The notes: generated by a model from the letters alone, not told the origin. A stretch of 64,000 bases of DNA from Chrysomallon squamiferum (GCA_012295275.1 CM022675.1:1674001-1738000); one strand, 5' to 3'. Numbered from the stretch's first letter, positions 15,523 through 29,090 are shown. Numbers and translations: made by a program.

Positions 15523-15677
15523 GTCCCTCTCTGTCTCTATTTTTCTCTCTCTCATTCTGAATAGCGTATACACCATTCATCTTAAAGTACAACTTTGTGT
15601 CACACCCTAACACCCGTAGAGATAATACGTATATACGTCAGAACATAGATAGCATCAAGCTTAATTTAACGTCGTAA
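13433..15677. repeat. Pair of 124-bp inverted repeats (13433-13556 and 15554-15677)
   Basis: Reverse-complement comparison by hand shows 2 mismatches in 124 bp. The core belongs to a family also seen at ~20, ~10355, ~17757, ~18250 (-) and ~36437. Confidence 0.9.
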
Positions 15678-16141
15678 CGCACACATATTTAAAGGGACTG
15701 AATAGAAAATGATGTGTATAAAACATCGATTCTTTACGCTCGGAGCGTAAGACGCAGCTATCCCTCAATTCTTTATTAGAGAAGAAAGAAAATAAAAATG
15801 ACACCGGTCTTGGCTGGTACGTATTCAAGCACAGTCACTAACGTCTAGTGCTCCAGAAACACAGATTCGCATGAATGACAATACATACTAAGATTTTGGA
15901 GAAAGAAGAAAGCTTATGTTTGTGGTTGTTTTTAACGTTAAGTCTAGGACACAAGTACAGGCATACATAAAATCACCTGAGCACACATACATACATACAT
16001 ACATACATACATAAAGACATACAGACAGTATATGTGTAAACGTTTATAGTAGGATGCTAGTTATAAAAAGGTAATATATGTCAAGACTTGAAATTAAATA
16101 AATAAGCAAATAATCATCTTATTTCTCTAGGCTTTCGTCAA

Positions 16142-16264
<123 letters not shown>

Positions 16265-17159
16265 GCTGAAGCTGAACAAAGAGGTTTTCTCTGTATATCT
16301 TTATTTTTATTTTGTTTATGCACTGAACATAGGGTGATATATATTAGTGAGACTTCTCTCACTTAAAGTAAAAGCAACTAATAGTTTAATGGCGATGCTT
16401 GATGTATTCATATTCTGAGTGTTTTTCGACATCGCTTTGAAAGACGAATGAAATATTTTACGACTCTAATTGCATATATGTATTTAGGAATTAAAAAAAA
16501 ATCGAGTTTCCTTTTATCTCTGAATAGATTACCTTTCTAAAAGCTCTATTGTGACATGAATGCAAAATATTCACTATACATGCATGTGTTGATGTGTTTA
16601 TGCTTGCAGGCATATATCTCTATGTTTGTATGTTTGCGTTATCTTAGCTGATGTAGTTTTAATATGAAACGTACGAGCGATACCTCCAAGTGTTTTCAAA
16701 CTGAACTTGAATACATAAAAGTCGTTTTTCATTTCAAATATCTTTTTTTTGTCTATGCTCGATCTTATCAACCACAGGACGATAAAAGCCAGTAACACAC
16801 ATAATCTACGTATGTATTATGCATATACGTTTGTATGTTTGTATGTGTGTATGCATGTTTCTATAATTGTGTGATTGTATATGTGTGTGAGTGTGTGTGT
16901 GTGTATAAATATTTGTTTATATATGAATGTACATGTATGTATGTATGTATCTCTAGCTATATATATATATTTATTTATCTATTTTTGTTTTTATTTTATT
17001 TTACGTTTTTAACTTAAATATAATTTTGTGTCTTTTATGTATGTGTGTGCAATAATAATAAGAGTAATAATAATAAGAAAACTGTTACTAATAATTATAG
17101 TGATAACAATAATAATACAAATAATACAAAATAATAATAATAAATAATAAAAATAATAA

Positions 17160-17426
17160 TAATAATAATTCACTACCACTGCTGTCTCTATGACTACAAC
17201 AACTGCTACTTGAAGTAGTATTACTGGGATTACTACTATTACACTTCGCTACTATTAACACAAATGATACTACTTCTGTTATTACTGTTACTGTTGCTCG
17301 ATGGTTATGAATTACTGCAACAATTAGTTCAAGTACAAGAGCTACCACTAATCCTACTGCAACTACTTGTCATACTGCTAGTACTCTGGCTAACGACATA
17401 ACTAAAGTTAATTCCACTGCTACTAT

Positions 17427-17465
<39 letters not shown>

Positions 17466-17585
17466 AGCCACCGCTAATACTACTACTATCAATGCTACGA
17501 CTGCTACCAGTTCTACTGCTTCTGCTTTATATTTTAATTTTATTTACCCCAAGTGTTCTCAAATATCATATCATTTTCTTTGTTA

Positions 17586-17636
<51 letters not shown>

Positions 17637-20100
17637 TCAAAGTTATTTCAGACACTGCACTGAAAGACTTTCAGAATAAATTACGTTAAATTAAGCCGGG
17701 TATTACACGTTTTCTCATTTCTATAGAGTAAAAACTAAATGCTCTATGATAGATATTATATTTGCGAATGTTAGGGTCTGACACAAAGTTATGTTCTCAG
17801 ATCAACTGTGTATACGCTATTCAGAATAAAAAAAATAGTTTTTAAATATATCTATCGCCTATTAGTATTTGTTATAATTTAGTTTTTTGACGACTGTAGT
17901 TTAATTTAGCAATATATATTCCTATACGTTCTTGCAGGTGCACTACTCGAGATATTTATTTACATTTTTGTTAGATGAATGGTGTATACACTTACACAAA
18001 GTAAATTATTTAATATATCTAACAGCCAGTGATCTTTCTTATAATTTTATTTCTTTGAAGACGGTAGCTTAATTTACTTTAAATTTATGTGTCCGTCCCA
18101 GCAGCTGCATGATTCGAAAATTATTATCGTAAACACTGCAGTCTATTTTAACACATAGACACACCTACCTCAATACTATTTTTACTTTTATTAATTTTTT
18201 GTTTTGTTTATTTATCGTTTTCATATTATTATTTCTTCATATACACACCATTTATCTGAAAATACAACTTTTGTGTCACACCCTAAAAGCTGCAGATATA
18301 ATATACATCTTAGTGCATTTCTTTTCTATGCTATAGAAATCGGAAAACATGTAACTTCAGGCTTGATTTCACATCCTAATTTATTTTGAAATTATTTTAG
18401 TGCAGCGTCTGAAAGCTCTCACAATCTGTAGATTATTATTATTATTATTATAGTTATTATTAAATTATTATTATTATTAGTAGTAGTAGTAGTAGTAGTA
18501 GCAGTAGTAGTAGTAGTAGTAGTACGAGTAGTCTTGTTGTTACTGTTAATATTGTTTAACTCTAAAAAAGAAAAGGATATGGTGTCTAAGAATAAATGCG
18601 GTAAATAAAATTAAATATATAGTAGTACTAATAGAATAATAATTAGTGGTAATAGTAATAATAGTTGTCGATGTTGTTATTGTGTAATAACAGGCGTATT
18701 AATGATAACAGTATAGTGTTTGTTTCAGTAGAACCGGTAAAAGTATTAAAACTAGAAGTCCTCGTTTCAGTATTAGCATTAGTAGTTAGCCATAGTACTA
18801 GCAGTATGACAAATAGTAGTACTGGTATTAGTGGTAGCTCTAGTACTAGCAGTATGACAAGTATTAGTATTGGTATTAGTGGTAACTCTAGTACTAGCAG
18901 TATGACAAGTATTAGTATTGGTATTAGTGATAGCTCTAGTACTAGCAGTATGACAAGTAGGTATTGGTATTAGTGATAGCTCTAGTACTAGGTAGATCTA
19001 TTAGTGATAGCTCTAGTACTAGCAGTATGACAAGTATTAGTATTGGTATTAGTGGTAGCTCTAGTACTAGCAGCAGTATGACAAAGTATTGGTATAGTGG
19101 TATTGGTATTAGTGGTATACAAATCTAGTACTAGTAGTGCAACTCTAGTACTAGACAAATAGTAGTATTGGTATTAGTGGTAGCTCTAGTACTAGCAGTA
19201 TGACAAGGTATTAGTAGTATTGGTATTAGTGGTAGCTCTAGTACTAGCAGTATGACAAGTAGTAGTATTGGTATTAGTGGTAGCTCTAGTACTAGCAGTA
19301 TGACAAGTAGTAGTATTGGTATTAGTGGTAGCTCTAGTACTAGCAGTATGACAAGTAGTAGTATTGGTATTAGTGGTAACTCTAGTACTAGCAGTAGCTC
19401 TAGACAAGTAGTAGTGTATTGGTATTAGTGGTAGCTCTAGTACTAGCAGTATGACAAGTAGTAGTATTGGTATTAGTGGTAGCTCTAGTACTAGCAGTAT
19501 GACAAGTAGTAGTATTGGTATTAGTGGTAGCTCTAGTACTAGCAGTATGACAAGTAGTTGTATTGGTATTAGTGGTAGCTCTAGTACTAGCAGTATGACA
19601 AGTAGTAGTATTGGTATTAGTGGTAGCTCTATAACTCTAGTACTAGCAGAGTGACAAGTAGTAGTATTGGTATTAGTGGTAGCTCTATAACTCTAGTACT
19701 AGTAGTATTGGTATTAGTGATAGCTCTGACAAGTAGTAGTAGTGGTATTAGTGTTAGTTGTAACTCTAGTACTAGCAGTTTGACAAGTAGTAGTATTGGT
19801 ATGAGTGGTAGCTCTAGTACTAGCAGTATGACATGACAAGTTAGTGGTACTGGTACAGGTAGTGGTAGCTCTAGTACTCTAGTAGCAGTATGACAAGTAG
19901 TAGTATTGGTATTAGTGGTAGCTCTAGAACTCGAAATGATTGTTGCAGTGGTTAATAAACGATCCAATTAATAAGTAACAGTAATAACAGAAGTAGTATC
20001 ATTTGTGTTCTAATAAGCAAAGAGTAAAACTGGTAGTCGTAGTAATAATCCTAGTAATACTGTTTCAAGTAGCTTTGGTTGTAGTGATAGTGACAGTAGT
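17160..20100. repeat. Diverged inverted duplication centred near 18030
   Basis: 17640-17830 pairs with 18240-18430, 17520-17590 with 18560-18620, and 17180-17385 with 19880-20100, all as reverse complements. Confidence 0.75.
18793..19927. repeat. 48-bp minisatellite, roughly 23 units
   Basis: Unit agtactagcagtatgacaagtagtagtattggtattagtggtagctct. Units are garbled between ~18960 and 19210. Confidence 0.95.
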
Positions 20101-20452
20101 AGTTGTAAACGCAGTAGTTGTAAACGCAGTAGTAGTAAAAGCAATGGTAGTTGCATTACTAGTTGAAAAGCACTAGTAACAGTAATAGTTGTAGCAATAA
20201 CAGCAGTGGTAGCAGTAATAATTGATGTTAGTCTACTTTTTAAAACAGGTAATTAAAGAAACAATTATACAAGTAAAATCATAAACCCACTAAACAAGCA
20301 ATACAAATAAATAAGTAAATAAATAAATACACTTAGTCTGCTTCCATGATAGCCTGATATGTATATGTTTTCAGTTAACTCTGTATATGTACCAAAACCC
20401 AGGTCTAAAGATCAGTGGTTAAGTTAATAAAAAAAAAAAAAAAAAATAAATA

Positions 20453-20516
<64 letters not shown>

Positions 20517-21104
20517 TTAATAATAATAACATTATTATTAATAAATAGAAAAAAATTATGATGAGCTTCACACGTGATTTAAAATCAGTGATGCATTGAA
20601 ATGGCTTCTTTTTTTTTCCCTCACCACATAAATAGGGTGAAAGCTGTCTTAATACACACTTTTATATTTCTTTCCACACAGATCACATAGTGCATCTGAG
20701 GATCTCGATTTACTAGGAATGCTAGAATAAACAAGGTAGGTTCAGCTCGCCTTTCTATATATGTGTGTGTGTCTGTATGTGTGTGTGTGTGTTTGTATGT
20801 GTGTGTGTTTGTGTGTGTGTGTGTTTGTGTGTGTGTGTTTGTGTGTGCTACGTCACTAAATGTATGTGTACACTTTAAATATAATTATTTGTATGCTACT
20901 TCAAATATATATGTGTACACTTTCTTTTTATGTGTATGTACGATACGTCAATGTGTAGACTTTAAATATTCTTATTTTTAAGTTACTTTAGTAAATGTAT
21001 AAGTAAATTCCTGTGTATTTCTATGTATGATATGTCAGTATTTGCATGTGTACATTTAACTATCCTTATTTGTATGTTACTTTAATAAATCTATTACTTT
21101 TTTA

Positions 21105-21340
21105 TGTTTGTATGCATGTAACTTCAGTAAAATATATGTGTGTTTGTTTGTATGTCACTTCATAAAAATATATGTGTGTTTGTATGTATGTAACTTCATT
21201 AAAAATATATGTGTGTATGTAACTTCATTAAAAGTATATGTGTGTTTGTTTATATGTAACTTCATTAAAAATATATGTGTGTTTGTTTGTATGTAACTTC
21301 ATTAAAATATATGTGTTTGTTTATATGTAACTTCATTAAA
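21105..21340. repeat. ~30-38-bp tandem repeat just upstream of the putative first exon of gene A
   Basis: Unit approximately gtttgtatgtaacttcattaaaaatatatgtgt, about 7 copies. Confidence 0.85.
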
Positions 21341-21364
21341 ATGCGACACAATTAAGATTTAAGG

Positions 21365-21545
21365 AGTCCTCCATATTCTTATCACTGCAACTCGGTTTTA
21401 TCACTTCAGCGGTAACCATACCAACTATTACATACAACTGAAATATGCATTTTTGTAAGCGGACCGTTTTCGAAACTGTCAACTGTCTTCAGGCGAGATG
21501 TTGTGTGTAGCTGTTAGTTCATTGCGATGGTTATCACATTTGTTG
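21365..21545 (+). promoter_or_regulatory. Putative promoter / non-coding first exon of gene A (donor gtaagc at 21455)
   Basis: The blocks cactgcaactcgg (21383) and ttagttcattgcgatggttatca are conserved with 43000-43150 upstream of gene B. Both ATG exons have a splice acceptor exactly 12 nt before the ATG. Confidence 0.55.
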
Positions 21546-22529
21546 TTCTGTTGTTTTTCTTTCTTTTTTTTCTATTTCATGTTTGTGTAAGTTCTATTTA
21601 TATGTGTGTCTGTTTGTATATATGTATGTACATTATCAAAAAAATTATAATAATACAGGTTTTAATTTGTAGCTCATAGTGGATGTGAATTTAAGTGATA
21701 TTAAACATTCAAAATTTAGTGACAGTTTTGGCGTGAGTTTTCTTATCAGATATGTATTCAATGTAATATTTTACTTTATGTTGTAACCGTTTGCTTTGGA
21801 TGATATTTTACATGAAAAAAATAAAACAAATACAAGTTAAGATAAAACAAATTATTACTAAGATGTTAACAGACAGTCAGTGGTGTATTTCAAAACGGTT
21901 AATCGTTTTGTTAGTTCTCTACTGTTTTACAGCATATCTTAAATTGTCACAAAACACCTACATTTAAGAGACACACACGCAGACACACACACAAATTGAT
22001 ATATATATATATTAATCAGGTTACCTGAGTGATTCTGTTAATCGTAGTTGACGATATTGATTCTACTTAGTAATGTACATGCGTACCTATCTACATACAT
22101 TGTGTCAGTGTTATATATATCTGCTTCTGTTTTTATTTATGTACCTATATTTTTTTTTTTTTTGTTGTTTATTAAATTCTATTATAATCTCGGTTAGTTT
22201 AGCTTAATTTGTTTGTTTTCTTTATTTATATATATTTTCTCTCTGTCTGTTTTTAACATTAAGGTTAAACACGTTAGTATAATCATATTTATCGCATGGA
22301 CGTACTGGAATATCGCGATATTTGTACTTGAGTCCAGGTTCCAATCAAGGCTGATGCTGAATATTATGTTAGTGCAGTCAAACATTCACTGTGATCACCT
22401 CTACGTGACTGTCATATTGACATGTTATTATAATTATTTTTATTTAAATTAATTAGCTAATTAATTAATTTATTTATTTATTTATTTATTTATTGATTTC
22501 TTTAATTTTCTTTGCAGTAAATATTAAAT

Positions 22530-23802
22530 ATGTGGATACCATTCGTGTATCTCATGCTTCTGGGTTGTTCCATTAGTCTAGGTAACGTTTCTCCATGTTT
22601 TTGTATTATAATATATAACTTAAATAGTGAAAATATTAGTTTTGTTTCTTCTTTTTTTTTGGTTTCTTTTTGTTATTAAGATAGTACGATCTAAAGATAG
22701 GTAAATTAATAATGAAATACAGTATTAAAGCAGATAATTAAATTGTCAAATGCAATTTATAAAAACATAAATCAAATAAGGATTAATGTTTCTAATCAAA
22801 TTAATGTACATATTATTATTATTTGTAGTAGTAGTAGTAGTAGTAATAGTAGTATGTTTTCACAAAAGAAAACAAAACTATAAATAAATAAGCAAAATCA
22901 ATTTTGAAATAATAGAAAAAGAAAAAAAAAGATATGATGACTGTATGAGTTCTATAGCTCGCATGTGCTCTTTTCTTTGTTTGAAACTGCACACTACAGA
23001 TTTCATGTCTACTCGTTGTCTTCCCGATGTTTTAGCTAACCTTCACATTCATCTTCTATTTTATTTTATTCATTTTCTTGTTTAGTTATTATTAATAATA
23101 ATACTACTGTTACTGCTACTCCTACTACTATTATTACTATTTAATTAAGTAGGTCACCATACATTTTTGTTTTCTTATTTAATAACAATTCTCAGTCATG
23201 AAAGTTAACCTATGTTAAAATGTTGTTTACAGGTGATGAGTACTTCGACTGCAGACGACAAGGTCAGGATTGTGCTAATAATAAAACTTGTCAAAATGAC
23301 GGCACCTGTGACTGTGGAAATGACTACACTGGCTACAGCTGTGAGCTGCAGAAAAGTGAGTTTTATCATTTTAATACATCAAATGTTTGATATACAAAGA
23401 AACAATATAATCAGTAATAACCTTTCAATAGCATGTCAGACAACTGTGGTGGTTGTTTTTCTTGTTACTTTTGTCAAAACAGAAAATCACAAATATATAT
23501 ATATATATATTTCTCTTCTGTTCATTTCATTCTTTTATTTTTTATTTTATTTTATTTTATTTTTTTTTACTTTTTTTATTTTTATTTATTTATTGGTAGA
23601 TTTGTTTTTAATTGTATTATTATTATTATTATTTTTATTATTGATTATTAATATTTACTTTTAGGTTTGAGTGGAGCAAGTCCATGTACCAATCAGACTG
23701 ACTCTTGTGGCTCTGATGGAGGTATCTGTTACAATGATAATGGAAACAAGACGTGTTTCTGTCCCTCTGGTTTCTATGGTGACAGCTGTGAAAACAAAAG
23801 AT
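22530..23802 (+). CDS. Gene A exons 1-3: signal peptide and two EGF-like domains
   Basis: MWIPFVYLMLLGCSISLG | DEYFDCRRQGQDCANNKTCQNDGTCDCGNDYTGYSCELQK | LSGASPCTNQTDSCGSDGGICYNDNGNKTCFCPSGFYGDSCENKR; phase-1 introns. Confidence 0.9.
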
Positions 23803-24215
23803 GTAAGTTATTCATTCTACTTAACAAAATACTACCTTTATATCTACCACTATGTTATCTACTAATGAACGGTAGATGATATTTCATTGTCAATGCTATC
23901 ATTTATTAAAATCTTTTAGCCAGTTATATGAATGTATGTATGTATGTATTTTTTATTCCAATTGAATTTGTTACCTTTACTGTTTTTTCTTATTAACTTA
24001 TTTTCACCTCCCATTAAAGTAATGTAAAGTAAAGTAAATCAATAAATAACTGCATAAAAACAGTCATATTTATGTTTATAATAGACTTAAAACTGTGCCA
24101 GGAAATACACTGTCAGACTGATGATGTGATTTCTCAAAATGCGGTCGTATTCTAAACAAATCTTAAAGGAAATGTAACGTTGATATTTGACGTTGAATAC
24201 ACTTTCTTTCCAATG

Positions 24216-24256
<41 letters not shown>

Positions 24257-24268
24257 GTGGTAGTAGTT

Positions 24269-24299
<31 letters not shown>

Positions 24300-24465
24300 T
24301 AGTAGTTTTACTATTGCTATTATATTCACTTTTATTATTGTTGTTGTTGTTGTGGTTTTTCCTGTTGTTGTTGTTGCTATTATTACTGTGATTGTTATTA
24401 TTAACATCATCATCACAAACATCATCATTATTCCGGCTTACAAACACTAATGTATTTCTATATAG

Positions 24466-25366
24466 ATGAAGTCTGCTGTGAGAAAAGTTCTATGTTGATT
24501 GTTATTAATCCTGCTGGAACATTCAATGGTGTCATCCATGCTAAAGGTCAAAAAGACACGCCAGGTTGCAAATTCACATCATCAGTTCTACCCTCGGGAA
24601 GTCAAGGTGTGGCTCTTAACGTTAAGGATACTGACTTTGGAGTAGATTATGAGGTCAGTTCCTTTTATTTATTTTTTTTATTATTATTGTTTTATTATTT
24701 TTTTTATTTATTGTTTTTTTTTAGTAATTTTTATTTTACGTTTCTTTTTTTTTTTTTTTTTTTATGAACCGTGTTTATATATTTAGCTACCTGAATAAAT
24801 TATTTAAATAGAATAGATTTATTGTTTTGTTTGATTGTACAATTATAATATCACCGAAAAAAATTATATTAAACATAACTTGTGCAATAGTCGTATGTTT
24901 TTAAGGTCAGTTCCTTTTATCTTCTTGTCTTTTTTTTTTTTTTTTTTTTAAATAATTATTCTTTTACGTCTTTTCATTATGAACTTTTTTTTATACATTT
25001 AGTTATCTGAATATATTATATAAATGAAGTAGATTTATAGTTTTGTTTCATTGTTCGATTATAATATCAGCGAAAAGGTCATCAGCGAAAAAATGTGTTT
25101 GTTTTCCGTGTAGAAAAATATATTAAACATAACTTGTGCAGTAGTCATTTGTTTTTAAAGCCAAATGGAGGTCGAACTCGAGATGTGATCATTCAGTTCA
25201 GTGAAAAGTATATGACAAACCTCGACGTAAAAGTCACCGTCACTTGTAGTGGAAAAACAACGATGCTATAACCGTGATTGTCACCAACGTGATAACAACC
25301 AAAGAAACTGAAAGGTTAGCTGTTATTATTACTATTACTATTATAATAATAATAATAATAATAATA

Positions 25367-25420
<54 letters not shown>

Positions 25421-25987
25421 TTATCATAACTTAGTTTTATTTATGTATCTGATTTATTTTTTGGAAAGTTATTAGCAGATAACTGACTATGTTAATAGTT
25501 ACTAAGCAACGGACATTTTACAATTAATGATATTTGGGCATACAAAGATTTCAAGTATCAAAATTTCATTACAAATATAATATCTTAATGCGTAGAGAGA
25601 ATTATATAGTGAAACTTGTGGATATTTGTACATGACACATACACAAAACACACATACAAAGATATACACTGAGAGATAGATAGATAGATATATATACATA
25701 CAGATATATACACAGATAGATATTCAGATATATAGATAGGTTGATAGATAAATAGAAAGATATATAGGCAGATAGATAAATATATAGACAAATAGAATAG
25801 AGACAAAGATATATACGTAAATATGTATTAATGTTTTCATACAGAAACAGACTGAATATCACAAACACAGTCAACTCAATAGACTCCTCGCTTGTCCAGT
25901 TCAACATCAACCTCAAAGACAGGTCTTCAGTTTCAGAATCAAGAGCTGTATCTTTAGATGAAGAACTTACATTTGAGTTTATTACAA
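24466..25987 (+). CDS. Gene A exons 4-6: ZP-N, linker and first strands of ZP-C
   Basis: EVCCEKSSMLIVINPAGTFNGVIHAKGQKDTPGCKF..; RDVIIQFSEKYMTNLDVKVTVTCS; LVQFNINLKDRSSVSESRAVSLDEELTFEFIT. Exon 5 is 154 nt versus 155 nt in gene B. Confidence 0.85.
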
Positions 25988-26247
25988 GTAGGATCAATTT
26001 GTTGTTTCCATAGTTTTCTTCATTGTAATAATAATAATAATAATATTAAGAATAATGATAATAATAATAATAACAACAATAACAACAACAACAACAACAA
26101 AGACAACAAAAATAGCAATAACAATAATAATAATAACAAAATAATAGCTGTCATAAATTAATTCTGATTTAGGGTTATCTCATTTTTACGCCAGACACAC
26201 ACACGCACAAATACACACACACACACACACATATATATATGAATGTT

Positions 26248-26330
<83 letters not shown>

Positions 26331-26383
26331 TTTTCTTACTTACTTACTTACTTACTTATTTATTTATTCAATTTATTTCACAG

Positions 26384-27382
26384 ATTTGACAGCAGAGGTA
26401 CCAGAAAAGATTGCCGATACTGAAGCAGGTAATATGTACGTACTACACTGTAACTATACAGGTCAAATAGTCTTAAAACTGTAAACTTTCACACTTCGAA
26501 ACTACTCATACAAAAGTTCGTAACGAAATTTTTTGGAATTTCACAAAATGAAAATAAATTTCTTCTCAATTATTATTAATATTTACTCTTTCATTTTAAA
26601 GTGAATATTCGTCTAGTTGGTGGTAACACAAGTAAAGAAGGTCGAGTAGAAGTTTTGTACAAAGGTACATGGGGCAGACTGTATAGTACTACTTTCTACT
26701 ACTATGAGGCCACTGTGTTTTGCAGAACTCTCGGATTCAAAAAGTAAGTCAATAACAAACAGTTCAAATTTGTGCCTTATTTTTATCTATCTAACTCTGT
26801 ATCTTACAGTATAATGAATGGAAATTTCATAATCAAGTAAAATAGAATAGTCATGAAAAAAACCAGTAGTTCATGTCAACGGTTCAAAACATATAAGAGA
26901 TAACATTGTAATTGTAAAGAAGTAAGTAAATAAATGAAAATAAAATCAGCTGTATAGTACAGTGTCCTTCTCTGTGAATGCGTGTCTGTGTGTACGTGCG
27001 AGTGTCTGTGTGTGTGTGAGTGTGTGTGTGTGTGTATAAAGAAGTAATAAAAAATACAAATAAAATAAAAATGTAAGTAAATAAATAAAAATAATACCAG
27101 CGAAATAATACCGTGTCCTTGTCTGTGAATGCGTGTCTGTGTGTGTGCGTGTGTGTGTGTGTTAAAACTGCCGTTACAATTAAGTTTCTATCTAACAGTG
27201 CGTTTGGTATGCCACGTGGTGAAGGTTTCTTCCCAGAAGGAAGTGGACAAATCTGGACAGCTAACATGTGGTGTTCTGGCTTTGAAATGGATGTACGTGA
27301 ATGCTTTTCCTGGAAGATTAGTGAATGTACGAGTATCTGTACAGGAGAGGGAGTTGGACTGATATGTGTCGGTAAAAAAATA

Positions 27383-27430
<48 letters not shown>

Positions 27431-27919
27431 CATCATCATCATCATCATTTTATTATTATTACCATCATGACAATTGTTGTTGTATTTCTTTTAGATTGTC
27501 ATCCTGCAGCTATTGTTAGTATTTGAAAACATCAAATATAGTTTGTCTCAATTATGAACATTCGAATAAATAATCTTCAATGGGTTGAAAACATACGAAA
27601 TACTACAACAACTGATGATGATGATGATCATCATCATCATAATAATATTAATATTTATAATAATAATAATAATAATAATAATAAACCACTAGCTGGAATT
27701 AAACACAGTTTGTGTTTTGTTCCACTATAAAAGAAAATCCTGCACCATACAAGCTGCAACTGGTGGGTGGGACAAGTGAACATGACGGAAAACTTCAAGT
27801 ATTTGATGATGGCAAATGGAATTCAGTGTGTCACAGCTATGCGAACAATTATGGTGACGTTGTGTGCCGGCAAATGGGTTATGCAGAGTTAGTAAATATT
27901 TTTAAACTCAAACAACAAC

Positions 27920-27960
<41 letters not shown>

Positions 27961-28679
27961 TAATAATAATAATAATAATAATTAGTGGTAGTGGTAGTAG
28001 TAGTATGAATGATATCATAAACATATACAGATCCACAAAGTCATATGCACTTGTCTAAAAATACATATAAAGTTCAGCATTTCTCATCAAAACCATGATT
28101 TGTTAAATAGAAATTTCTTGTGATACTGTGATATTTCTTTTACGACTGTGGATCCAAAATGTCATTGTGAGTAAACGACATCTAATTTTGTTTTTGTTTT
28201 CCATTTAGTTTTTGTTTTTATTATTCTTATCTTATTTGTTGGCAACGTTTACTTTTCCAACTTTATGCACTGTCTTTCCAATGAGACACATTTTTGAATT
28301 ATCTTTTATTTTGCATATTCTTCTTCACAGCGCAACATTACATGGTGCTGGTGATGTGGTCACTAGCAATATATGGAAGTATGAGGTTTTCAGCATTGGT
28401 TATGAACCTGCTCTGCATTTGTCTCTTGTCAGACTTCGGAATGAAGAGAGTAAATGTCAATCTGTACATATTAAGTGTTCAGGTATTAATGTTAAAACTG
28501 TCAGTTTCGTGTACTGTCTAATGTCCACAAGATAACACTATAGACTTATACAGAGAAAAAAATTCAGAATACAATTTAGAATATATATGTATGTATGTAT
28601 ATATGTATGTATGTATCTATCTATCTACCTTATATAATAATTATAACCTTATACATATGTAATAAATGAAACCTACGAA

Positions 28680-28713
<34 letters not shown>

Positions 28714-29057
28714 TAACACAATTGACGTATATAGTGTATTTAAAAATTATTAATCAGAGAATGCAATTATTTTATTTTTATATTTATTGTGTAGTGGACA
28801 TATCAAACATTGAATTACGACTAGTTGGTGGTCCAGACACTAACTACAGTGAAAATAAACAATGAGTGGGGCAGAATGAATAATGCTGACGCTTCTCCGT
28901 CAGTTGCTAGAGTTTTGTGCAGAACGCTTGGCTTTAATGAGTAAGTAAAAACAGAATGCAATATTAAAACATTTAAATATCACAAGAAACCAAGGACTAA
29001 TACAAGTAAAGCTAATACTAATGATACTGATGCTAACAGATAATAATAATAGGTGTA

Positions 29058-29090
<33 letters not shown>

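Noticed and set aside
18665-19967. Ser/Thr-rich mucin-like ORFs
   Set aside because: They are by-products of the 48-bp (16-codon) minisatellite. Frames break repeatedly, and the ancestral monomer lies in non-coding sequence.
25255-28865. The -1 and -11 deletions in gene A sum to -12, suggesting compensation
   Set aside because: A TAA at 25269-25271 terminates the shifted frame immediately, so the sum is coincidental.
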